Source: Bacilli bacterium
GTDB lineage: Bacteria; Bacillota_I; Bacilli_A; RFN20; CAG-826
DNA: 64,000 nucleotides
Assembly: GCA_022482735.1 (NCBI GenBank)
Contig: JAKVOO010000001.1
Span: 55,699 to 119,698, forward strand
Direction of reading: 5' to 3'
Made by a program: the position numbers and the translations under genes
Shown here: one piece after another, positions 31,130 through 38,776 of the stretch
Layout of the letters: each line of letters opens with the position of its first letter
Position numbering within the stretch: the first letter of the stretch is position 1
The notes under the pieces: generated by a model
The model's input: the letters and a program-made list of their open reading frames with translations, nothing else
Database searches by the model: none
Told to the model about the DNA's origin: nothing

Positions 31130-31249
31130 ACTTTTCTAAAGTGTCAGTTGTCTAACTCATTTGGTAATGGAAAAGACCGGATACTTGGCAAAAATTCGTG
31201 AAGTGCTGGCATATAAATAAAATAATCTATATTTTGTTGTTCTTAATAT

Positions 31250-31279
31250 TTGCTTGGGGTATATTTAAATTAATATTAA
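31250..31279 (+). promoter_or_regulatory. candidate cas13d promoter
   Basis: TTGCTT, about 18 nt spacer, TATTAA, inside the duplicated segment. A G-rich SD (ggggg) lies 8 nt before ATG 31330. Confidence 0.35.
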
Positions 31280-31329
31280 TGGACACTCAAATAATTTAGT
31301 TCTTTGAAACATAATGGGGGTTATAAGCA

Positions 31330-33987
31330 ATGAAAAAATCAAAAGCTAAAGCGGTTGGACTGAAATCAGTTTTAGTTACGACTAAAGGCGAAGTACTTGT
31401 TACTTCCTTTGGCAAAAAGGCGGAAGCCACGATTGAAAAGAAAATAATAAACAATAAGTTGGATAAAGAACATGACCCACCGACTTTTAGTCTTAATGTT
31501 GATAATTACGATTATAGATTAAAAAATAATACTGGAACTTTTTCGGCAGAAGTTGAAAATCCATTTCCTAGAAAGGAAAGCAATCGAAAAATTAGATGGA
31601 AGAATTGGCAAGAAGGGAAAAAGGAAAAGGGAGAGATTCCAACCATAAAAAGAACGATTGGAGATGATCAAATTTTTGCTAAAGCGGAGTTGGAAACAGA
31701 GTTTTTTGGCAAGCGGTATGAGGATAACATTCACATCCAAATTATTTACAATATATTGGATATTAGAAAAATACTTTCCCCCTACATCAATGATATTATT
31801 TATTCTATAAATAATTTAAATCGTGATTTAAATGTTGATGATGAAAAATCGGATATTTTTACGATTCGTTTTAGTGAAAATTATGAAAAGGCCAGCGATA
31901 GGATAAAGAATCTATTTGAAAAGTTTTATATTAATATTTCAAAAAATGGATACTATTCTAGTGCTTTTTATCATCAAGAAGGCGATAAATTTAAGTTTAA
32001 AAGTAAAATTGAGATATTTGATATTTTTAGACTATTAAGTGCGATTAGACAAGATGCCATGCATAGCTCAATAAGAAATAAAAATTGTGAATATAATGTT
32101 TTTTTTGATGAGAAAATGCTTCCTAATGATTTAAAAATTGTTCTTGATGGGTTATATTCACAAAAAGTTTATGAAACGAATAAAAGTTTTATCGAGTTAA
32201 ATAAGAGAGCAAACTTTTCTATTTTAGATAGCCTCTATTCTGATGAAAAAAACAAAGAAGCACTCTATCGCTTATTTTATGACTTTAATGTAAGGCAAGA
32301 GAATCTTAACTTAGGTTTTTCTATAAAGCGAATTCGCGAATGTTTACTTACACTAACCGATTATTCTGAGATAAAAAACAAGGACTTTGATAGCGAAAGA
32401 AGCAAATTGTATCATTTTTTTGATTTTGCTCTATATAAATACTATCTTAGCAACAATAAAATAGTTGATACTTTTGTAGAAAAGCTTCGCCAAAACATGA
32501 CCGATGAAGGAAAAGACAAACTCTACATTGAGCAAGCAAATGAAGTGGCTAATATTTTACATGATAAAGTTATTGATAGGCTTTTGCCGATGATGAATGG
32601 AGATGTAATAAAAAAATTAAATAGTGACTCGTTGAATACTAAAATTTCTGATCAAATAATTAATAGAATTAGAATAAATGATTCGGTTTCTTACTTTACT
32701 AAGTTGCTCTATTTTATGACTTTGTTTTTAGACGACAAAGAGACCAATGATATGCTTGCTAACATCACTAATAAGTTTGATAACATTATGTCCTTTATGC
32801 AGGTTTACAAGAATAAGGATAATGAATTTTTAGATGATGGCCTAAGCGATTTGCAAAATATGTATAAGGGACACAAACTAAATAATGGCAATCAGCAGAT
32901 TGTTTTCAGAGGTAAATATGCGCTTTTTAATAAAAATAATGAAATTGCCGATGAATTACGTATTTTGAAGTCAATTTCACGTTTTAAGCCGGCAGCAAAG
33001 ATAAGCCGTCAAATGATTCTTGATGCTGCTTATCTATTAGGATATAAGGAAGATGAGAACAGCGATCAAGTACTCACGAAGAAACTGAAGTTAGATGATG
33101 ATGGGAGTAAGGGGGCTAGAAATTTCTTAATCAATAATGTTGTTAAATCTAGACGATTTATCTATATCGCTCGGCATGTAAATCCTCGGAAAATTTGTGT
33201 AGTAGCGCAAAATGAACATGTGGTTAGGCTGGTACTAGAAAGACTTCCTCTTGAGCAGTTAACGCGTTACTATCAGGCGATTACTGGACTAGATTTAAAA
33301 GCACCACCTAAAATGATTGATAAACTGGTTCAAGAAATAAAATCAGTTAATCTAGAATCTTTTATCGATATCGACAATAAGGCATTATCTAGAGATAAGC
33401 AAATTATTAAAGAGCAAAAAAAGACCATAATCGGTTTATATTTAACAGTATTGTATCTTGTCTACAAGAATCTTGTTAATGTAAATTCGCGGTATGCAAT
33501 TGCCGTTTATACCCTAGAACGAGACTATGATATTAAATTTCCTAACGAAGAATTTGATTTTAAAAAACTAAATAATCAGTTGAAACTTTCAAATCTATTC
33601 ATTGAAAAAGGATATTTAAAAAAGAGACAAAGAGAAATATTGCAAAAAAATATAAGCGAATTAAGTAATGGAAGATTTTTTTCCTTATATAGGAATCAAA
33701 TCGCTCATTTGAACGCGATTAGGAATTTAGATAAATACATATCTAATGTTAAAGACATTAAAACATATTTTGGTTTATATCACTTTATCAGTCAGGCATT
33801 ACTTTGTGCTAAAATAGTAGAGTATTGCAAAGGCGACAATTCATTTCTTTTAAATCAAATTAAAGAATCTCAAAGAAGAGGTAAGTACTCAAAAAATGCT
33901 TTACACATTATTCATGTTCCCTTTGGATACAATCAAGCAAGATACAAGAATTTAAGTATTGAAGTCTTGTTTGATAAAAACAAATAA
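31330..33987 (+). CDS. cas13d: type VI-D CRISPR effector Cas13d (RNA-guided RNase, two HEPN domains), 885 aa
   Basis: Two R-x4-H HEPN motifs: RQDAMH (residues 240-245, nt 32047-32064) and RNQIAH (residues 788-793, nt 33691-33708). Blocks match my recollection of RfxCas13d/EsCas13d:
- N-terminal KSKAKAVGLKSVLV;
- IHIQIIYNILDIRKIL;
- NLGFSIKRIRE;
- FTKLLYFMTLFLDDKETNDMLANITNKFDNIMSF;
- ADELRILKS;
- ARNFLINNVVKSRRF;
- IIGLYLTVLYLVYKNLVNVNSRY;
- YFGLYHFISQ;
- VPFGYNQARYKNLSIEVLFDKN.
The gene is directly followed by a CRISPR array. Confidence 0.93.
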   Translation: MKKSKAKAVGLKSVLVTTKGEVLVTSFGKKAEATIEKKIINNKLDKEHDPPTFSLNVDNYDYRLKNNTGTFSAEVENPFPRKESNRKIRWKNWQEGKKEKGEIPTIKRTIGDDQIFAKAELETEFFGKRYEDNIHIQIIYNILDIRKILSPYINDIIYSINNLNRDLNVDDEKSDIFTIRFSENYEKASDRIKNLFEKFYINISKNGYYSSAFYHQEGDKFKFKSKIEIFDIFRLLSAIRQDAMHSSIRNKNCEYNVFFDEKMLPNDLKIVLDGLYSQKVYETNKSFIELNKRANFSILDSLYSDEKNKEALYRLFYDFNVRQENLNLGFSIKRIRECLLTLTDYSEIKNKDFDSERSKLYHFFDFALYKYYLSNNKIVDTFVEKLRQNMTDEGKDKLYIEQANEVANILHDKVIDRLLPMMNGDVIKKLNSDSLNTKISDQIINRIRINDSVSYFTKLLYFMTLFLDDKETNDMLANITNKFDNIMSFMQVYKNKDNEFLDDGLSDLQNMYKGHKLNNGNQQIVFRGKYALFNKNNEIADELRILKSISRFKPAAKISRQMILDAAYLLGYKEDENSDQVLTKKLKLDDDGSKGARNFLINNVVKSRRFIYIARHVNPRKICVVAQNEHVVRLVLERLPLEQLTRYYQAITGLDLKAPPKMIDKLVQEIKSVNLESFIDIDNKALSRDKQIIKEQKKTIIGLYLTVLYLVYKNLVNVNSRYAIAVYTLERDYDIKFPNEEFDFKKLNNQLKLSNLFIEKGYLKKRQREILQKNISELSNGRFFSLYRNQIAHLNAIRNLDKYISNVKDIKTYFGLYHFISQALLCAKIVEYCKGDNSFLLNQIKESQRRGKYSKNALHIIHVPFGYNQARYKNLSIEVLFDKNK

Positions 33988-33999
33988 CCTCATTTTGAG

Positions 34000-34299
34000 G
34001 TGCAACACCTGTGTAAAATTACATAGGTCTAAAACTGTAGACCATATTTTTTGTCAATGGCTTTGGTGCAACACCTGTGTAAAATTACATAGGTCTAAAA
34101 CGGCATTAGTTACTTCACTAGGAATATCGATGTGCAACACCTGTGTAAAATTACATAGGTCTAAAACTGGGCGATTAGTTTTTCGATTTTGCTTTCAGTG
34201 CAACACCTGTGTAAAATTACATAGGTCTAAAACTTGTGCATTTTTTATTTTTACAGAACTTGCGTGCAACACCTGTGTAAAATTACATAGGTCTAAAAC
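34000..34299 (+). CRISPR. CRISPR array: 5 identical 36-nt repeats and 4 unique 30-nt spacers (plus a possible 5th spacer and degenerate repeat at 34300-34364)
   Basis: The repeat GTGCAACACCTGTGTAAAATTACATAGGTCTAAAAC occurs at 34000, 34066, 34132, 34198 and 34264. It has an internal 7-bp hairpin (ACCTGTG/CATAGGT) and a 3' GGTCTAAAAC, like the recalled Cas13d repeat GAACTACACCCGTGCAAAAATGCAGGGGTCTAAAAC. Confidence 0.95.
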
Positions 34300-34559
34300 T
34301 CCGTACATAGAGCCACCAGTATGTATTAGAAAGAGTTTTGTTGAATGATTTATAGGTGTTAGTCAAATTTGTATGCAAAAAAATCAGCATAGTTTGTCAT
34401 GCTGAAATAAAAACTTAAATTATAAGTACTAGGCGACTAAATTTAGTTCTTTCAATAGAGTTAAATTATTTATTGCCTTTAACTAATTTTTCACCAAGAA
34501 AATGATGACAAATTAAGCCGAAAGTTAAACTATCTTTAAAAAATAGTTCGTCTAAGAAT

Positions 34560-34636
34560 CGGCTTGGGCCACCATCTAAACCTAGGAACCATCGAAGAAA
34601 TTCGGTGGTTTTCTTTTTTTCTAAAGCATAAAAAAA
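34560..34636 (+). repeat. attR-like direct repeat (partial tRNA-Phe 3' end plus downstream sequence)
   Basis: cggcttgggccaccatctaaacctaggaaccatcgaagaaattcggtggttttctttttt is identical to 27376-27435, and the similarity continues beyond it. Confidence 0.85.
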
Positions 34637-34676
34637 GCCCTATTTTTTAGAGGGCCATATAATCCGTGTGTCGGTT

Positions 34677-35519
34677 TTATTTCTTCTTATGAATAAATTT
34701 ATCGTATCTTCTTCTTGTTTCAATTAAATCTATATGAACATATCGCTTTGTGGTTTCAACCGATGTATGGCCAAGAACACGAGAGATCATAATTAAATCA
34801 GCTCCATTAGAATAAAGATTTGTTGTAAGCGTATGCCTAAGCATATGAGGAGATAATTTTTCGATTTTAAAACGCTTTCTCATTCGACCAAATATACATT
34901 CAACATTATTAACTGTTAACTGTTTTCCACTAGGTGTGCTAAACAAGAACTTATTCATTTTCTTTTGCTTTTTAACATACTGCTTTAACAAACGTGAAGT
35001 TCCAACTGTGTAATAAACATATCGCTCATGTTTTGTCTTTGTATGAACTAAGTAAACATATCTTTCATCAAAATTAATATCTTCTATTCGTATGTTTATT
35101 ACTTCACTTAACCTTGCTCCAGTGTCAACAAAAATCATAATTAGAACTTTGCTTCGCAAAGTTATTTTTGGAAATACATTACTAAACAATTCAGTTTGTT
35201 GCTTCTGATCTAAATAACCAAATGTTACAAAAGGAATACGCATATTCCTTATATTCTCAACACCAGGATGAACATCACTAAAACGACATGCTCTTTTAAT
35301 AAATCCTACTCGATGATTTAAAGTATTAGGACTAATACCACGTTCCCGTTCGGAAAATATATAATTGGTAACAAATTCTTTTGTTAAAGCACTAGAATCA
35401 ATGTTACCAAAAGTATTAATCAAGGTCTTTTTAATTGATAAATAGAACTTATATGTTCCGGGAGAATTATATAGTTTTTGTTCAATCAAATATAAATCAA
35501 ACAATTTATTAAGTTTCAT
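34677..35519 (-). CDS. int: tyrosine recombinase / phage-type integrase (280 aa)
   Basis: Catalytic signature ARLSEV (Arg), HMLRHT (His-x-x-Arg) and LGHTSVETTKRYVH (His...Tyr). The gene lies next to the partial tRNA-Phe repeat. Confidence 0.85.
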   Translation of the reverse strand: MKLNKLFDLYLIEQKLYNSPGTYKFYLSIKKTLINTFGNIDSSALTKEFVTNYIFSERERGISPNTLNHRVGFIKRACRFSDVHPGVENIRNMRIPFVTFGYLDQKQQTELFSNVFPKITLRSKVLIMIFVDTGARLSEVINIRIEDINFDERYVYLVHTKTKHERYVYYTVGTSRLLKQYVKKQKKMNKFLFSTPSGKQLTVNNVECIFGRMRKRFKIEKLSPHMLRHTLTTNLYSNGADLIMISRVLGHTSVETTKRYVHIDLIETRRRYDKFIHKKK

Positions 35520-35632
35520 TTTTAATTCCCCAATCTAATCATTTCTCTGCAATAATTTAAAACCCGAAGGTATATATTTCGGGCTTATATCAATAAATTG
35601 ACATTAAAAGAAAACTAATATAAAATAGTAAA

Positions 35633-35713
35633 CAAATGGAAGCTATGTCATTAACATATGCTTTCGCTCATCCCGTAAGGGAAGGGTGCCCGGGTACTTA
35701 CCGGGCTTTTTTT
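35633..35713 (+). ncRNA. candidate small RNA (about 80 nt) with its own promoter and terminator
   Basis: TTGACA (35598-35603), 17-nt spacer, TAAAAT (35621-35626). The terminator is gcccgg-gtactta-ccgggc plus T7 (35688-35713). Divergent from int. Confidence 0.4.
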
Positions 35714-35767
35714 AACATATTTGTCCCCTTTCTTGACAAATTTTTAAATATTTGATTTAATATAGGC

Positions 35768-35898
35768 GACCCCGGATAGTAATATCTTGTGCGGTCTGAA
35801 GCTAGCTTCGCGCTAGATTAGAGCTAGCCTGTGTGCTAGAGAGGCTTCAGTCTTAATTGGCTGCGGAATGAGCTAACCCGTCAAAGTGGCTCTTTTTT
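35768..35898 (+). ncRNA. candidate structured RNA (about 130 nt), class not recognised
   Basis: TTGACA (35733-35738), 17-nt spacer, TTTAAT. An outer stem gtctgaagc/gcttcagtc (35794-35802 / 35844-35852) encloses two hairpins with the same ctagc/gctag stems. The segment is G+C-rich relative to its surroundings and ends in a T-run at about 35893-35898. Confidence 0.35.
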
Positions 35899-36927
35899 AT
35901 TTCCATCGCGATTTTCGCGCCTTATAGTATTCTTTTAAATCATCGGGATGAAGTTTTTTTTACTTTGTTTACTGCATCTAATGGATGTTCTCCTGCTTTA
36001 AATCGATTACTTGTCAATTTAATTTTAGCAATGGTTTACGTATAAATATAGCTACCTTGCTATCTATTCGGATAAGTCTTGGTTAAAGGAACACTTTGCT
36101 TATTAGCTATTTGTTTGCTGGTTGCTTTTCTAATAATTTCAGAGATTTGAGCATACTGAGGGGCAGTTTTAACAACCGCCACTGGCCGACTATTACTAGC
36201 TTTTACTCCTTTCGTCCTAACATAGTTTGGCCAGTTCTTTGACAGCACACTTATACAGAGTTTTATAGGCCCAACCAGATGGATTATTCAAAATTGCAAT
36301 AAAAAATAAGATGTATTTAATAGATTTTTATGTGAAAAATAATTGTTGAAAATGTTGGTTCATAGGTTTTTTTAAATTAATTTTATGGCAAAAAAAACTT
36401 ATGCGAGAAAATTGAAATCATTGAATTTATAAAAATATTTTTTTATAGAACAAGTTCTGACATATCACTGCCATCATTAAATTGTTATGAAGTTTTGAAT
36501 CAAAGTGAGCATTAAAATATAGGATAAAAAATATTTTTAAACGGCACTACATTAAGCAATATATTGAATAATAGCTTAAATTAATTTGAGTATATTTATT
36601 ACATTCTCATTAAGTTTTTGATAGAAAATTATAAATAGAATAAATACAGTTTTATAGTCATCGATTAAAAAGATTAGCATGAATCTTAAAACGCCCAGTT
36701 TTAATTAAGCATATTTTTGTGGATTAGCACAAATAATCTATAAAAAGAAGCACTAAATAAAATATTTTTTTAGTTCTTTTCTATAATAATAAAACATATA
36801 TTAGCAGCAAATATAGCTTTGGTATTTGCTTTTGAATTTTAACTTATTCAAAAACATTTCTCTACTTTAATGTCTATTAGCGTGATAGAATATCGCTATC
36901 AAAGTTTTGATCTTTGATTAGTGCTCT

Positions 36928-37027
36928 TCATGAGTAGAAATGATGCGTCAAGTATCGTCAGATGGGAGGTTGCTGACGAGCGAAAGAAATCTTTGATTTC
37001 TGCGGTATCATTTCGCCATCCGCATGG
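36928..37027 (+). promoter_or_regulatory. THF (tetrahydrofolate) riboswitch aptamer
   Basis: TCATGAGTAGAAATGATGCGTCAAG...GATGGGAGGTTGCTGACGAGCGAAAG...TGCGGTATCATTTCGCCATCCGCATGG follows the recalled folT-motif consensus (GAGUAG-AUGAU-GCG...UGGGA...ACGA-GCGA...GCGGU-AUCAU...AUCCGC). The P1 stem is tcatg/catgg. Downstream, cctccc (37052-37057) can sequester the SD gagagg (37071-37076). Confidence 0.75.
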
Positions 37028-37083
37028 ACTAATTTAGTTTTGAGCATTAAACCTCCCCTGATACAAGAATGAGAGGTATTATC

Positions 37084-37629
37084 ATGGGGAAATCAAAAAT
37101 TATTCACCGCATCACCCTTGATGCTATGCTAGCCGCCCTTTATGTTGTCCTTGCTTATGTTACCATACCTATAGGCAATATTCGTCTTACAATTGCTTCG
37201 CTACCCGTAGCCCTTGCCTGCCTTGCTTTGGGTATTGGAGATGGGGTATCCGTGGCATTTCTTGGCGAGTTTATTAATCAGCTATTGAAGTATGGATTTA
37301 CTTTAACAACTCCGATTTGGCTGATTCCACCGATAATTAGGGCGCTTGTCATCGGATTGTTTGCTCATTTTTATCGTAAACAAGGTCAAAGACTCGAAAA
37401 TCACTATGTAATTTATTTCGTGGCTTTCATAGTTGCCGCTATTGTTACAACCGGAGCAAATACTTTAGCGTTATATCTTGACGCATTAGTATTTGATTAT
37501 CCGTTTGCCTTTGTGCTGTATGAGACGATTATTCGGTTTTTGACGGGTATTTTGACCGCAGTTTTGCTGGCCATTATCGCGCAACCATTATCAAGAATAA
37601 TTAGAAATTACACCTTTAGTCCTTCTTAG
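37084..37629 (+). CDS. folT: ECF transporter S component, folate family
   Basis: A roughly 180-aa 6-TM protein directly downstream of a THF riboswitch. ATG 37084 lies 7 nt after the SD. Confidence 0.7.
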   Translation: MGKSKIIHRITLDAMLAALYVVLAYVTIPIGNIRLTIASLPVALACLALGIGDGVSVAFLGEFINQLLKYGFTLTTPIWLIPPIIRALVIGLFAHFYRKQGQRLENHYVIYFVAFIVAAIVTTGANTLALYLDALVFDYPFAFVLYETIIRFLTGILTAVLLAIIAQPLSRIIRNYTFSPS

Positions 37630-37674
37630 TTATAGCAAATAGGTCAGAAAATTAAGCCGCAATTTTATCTGAAA

Positions 37675-37697
37675 GTTTACATTTACAAAATGTAAAC
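37675..37697. promoter_or_regulatory. inverted repeat, candidate operator upstream of pflA
   Basis: GTTTACATT-tacaa-AATGTAAAC: perfect 9-bp arms, about 70 nt upstream of the pflA start. Confidence 0.3.
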
Positions 37698-37767
37698 AAT
37701 TTCATAGTCAAATTAGTTGCTATGATTCCTTTTAATATATATATTTACGATATGGGATGGTGATCGT

Positions 37768-38490
37768 ATGGAAGGACAATATCATTCAATTGAATCTTTC
37801 GGTACGGTCGATGGACCGGGTATTAGATTTGTCCTTTTTCTTCAGGGCTGTCCAATGCGCTGTTTATATTGTCATAACCCCGACACGTGGTCTTTTTTTC
37901 AAGGGAAACGGATTACAGTTGAGACAGTAGTTAATCAAGTACTAAAGTATCAAGCCTACTTAAAAAATGGTGGGGTAACAGTCAGTGGTGGTGAACCATT
38001 AAGACAAGTTCCATTTTTGATTGAACTCTTCACGGAACTGAAGAAGCATCATATTCACACGGCGATTGACACTTCGGGAATTCTCTTTGATCAGAACAAC
38101 GTGTCTTTGTTTGATGATTTAATGAAAGTTACAGATTTGGTCTTGCTGGATATAAAAGCTTATAGTGAGAGCGCACATCTGAAACTTACCGGTCAATCAA
38201 ATAAAAACATTCTCGCATTTGCAAAGTACTTATCCCAGAAAAATGTTCCAGTATGGATTAGGTACGTTTTAGTCCCAGGACTTACTGATGATCATCATGA
38301 AATGATAGCGGTACGACAATTTATTGAGACCCTTCCTAATGTGCAGAAAATTGAGGTATTGCCCTATCACTCTATGGGTGAAAAGAAGTATGAAGCACTC
38401 GGTATACGTTATGCATTGAAGGGCGTTAAGGAACCAGACGAAACTCTGATTGCTGAGGCGGAAAGGATACTTGTGTATGGGAAAAGATAA
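37768..38490 (+). CDS. pflA: pyruvate formate-lyase activating enzyme (radical SAM)
   Basis: CPMRCLYCHNPDTW radical-SAM cluster motif and GGVTVSGGEPL. Confidence 0.9.
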   Translation: MEGQYHSIESFGTVDGPGIRFVLFLQGCPMRCLYCHNPDTWSFFQGKRITVETVVNQVLKYQAYLKNGGVTVSGGEPLRQVPFLIELFTELKKHHIHTAIDTSGILFDQNNVSLFDDLMKVTDLVLLDIKAYSESAHLKLTGQSNKNILAFAKYLSQKNVPVWIRYVLVPGLTDDHHEMIAVRQFIETLPNVQKIEVLPYHSMGEKKYEALGIRYALKGVKEPDETLIAEAERILVYGKR

Positions 38491-38776
38491 AGAATACTTT
38501 CTTATCGAAATCAGTGGTAATTCGTGTCCAACATGTGCCGTTCTTAAAAGCAATGTTGAAGAGGTCGTAAAAGAATTTCCGTTTATTACCTATTACTATG
38601 TTGATGATGAAATGACGAGTCGAACTTATATTGAACAGCTTAATTTACAGCATTTACCAGCTCTTGTTCTTATTTCTCACGGTGCAGTCCTCGGGATTGC
38701 TTATGGCGGTCAGCCATCAGAAATTATTAGGGAATGGTTGACAGCAAAAGTGGAAGGAGAAAAAGAAAATGGATAA
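38477..38776 (+). CDS. thioredoxin-fold protein embedded in the pfl operon
   Basis: CPTC motif. The gene overlaps the pflA stop by 14 nt and the pflB start by 8 nt. Confidence 0.6.
   Translation: MGKDKEYFLIEISGNSCPTCAVLKSNVEEVVKEFPFITYYYVDDEMTSRTYIEQLNLQHLPALVLISHGAVLGIAYGGQPSEIIREWLTAKVEGEKENG

Noticed and set aside
31160-31177. 15-mer tttggtaatggaaaa shared with about 57850
   Set aside because: A single AT-rich 15-mer match is within chance expectation for all-against-all comparison of this window, and the similarity does not extend on either side.
33959-34348. 129-aa ORF with the repeated peptide CNTCVKLHRSKT
   Set aside because: It is simply the translation of the CRISPR repeats in one frame. 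The periodic identical 12-residue motif reflects the 66-nt repeat-spacer unit, not a protein.
34441-34465. aatttagttctttcaa, resembling the cas13d 5' UTR (31298-31313), as a third partial copy downstream of the array
   Set aside because: Only about 13-14 nt match and there is no flanking similarity, so it is not distinguishable from chance.
36455-36480. acatatcactgccatc, resembling catacatcactgcccat at 27621-27640, as a possible right-end att of the second element
   Set aside because: Only a 9-mer is shared exactly, which is expected by chance in 64 kb of AT-rich DNA.
27391-36927. Search for cas1, cas2, WYL-domain or other type VI accessory genes near cas13d
   Set aside because: None of the ORFs in or near the island has recognisable Cas1 or Cas2 motifs or a WYL/RHH architecture. 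Absence is reported rather than any weak candidate.
36890-37068. T-box leader upstream of the 186-aa membrane protein gene
   Set aside because: There is no specifier loop, AGAGA box or T-box sequence. The conserved blocks instead fit the THF riboswitch.
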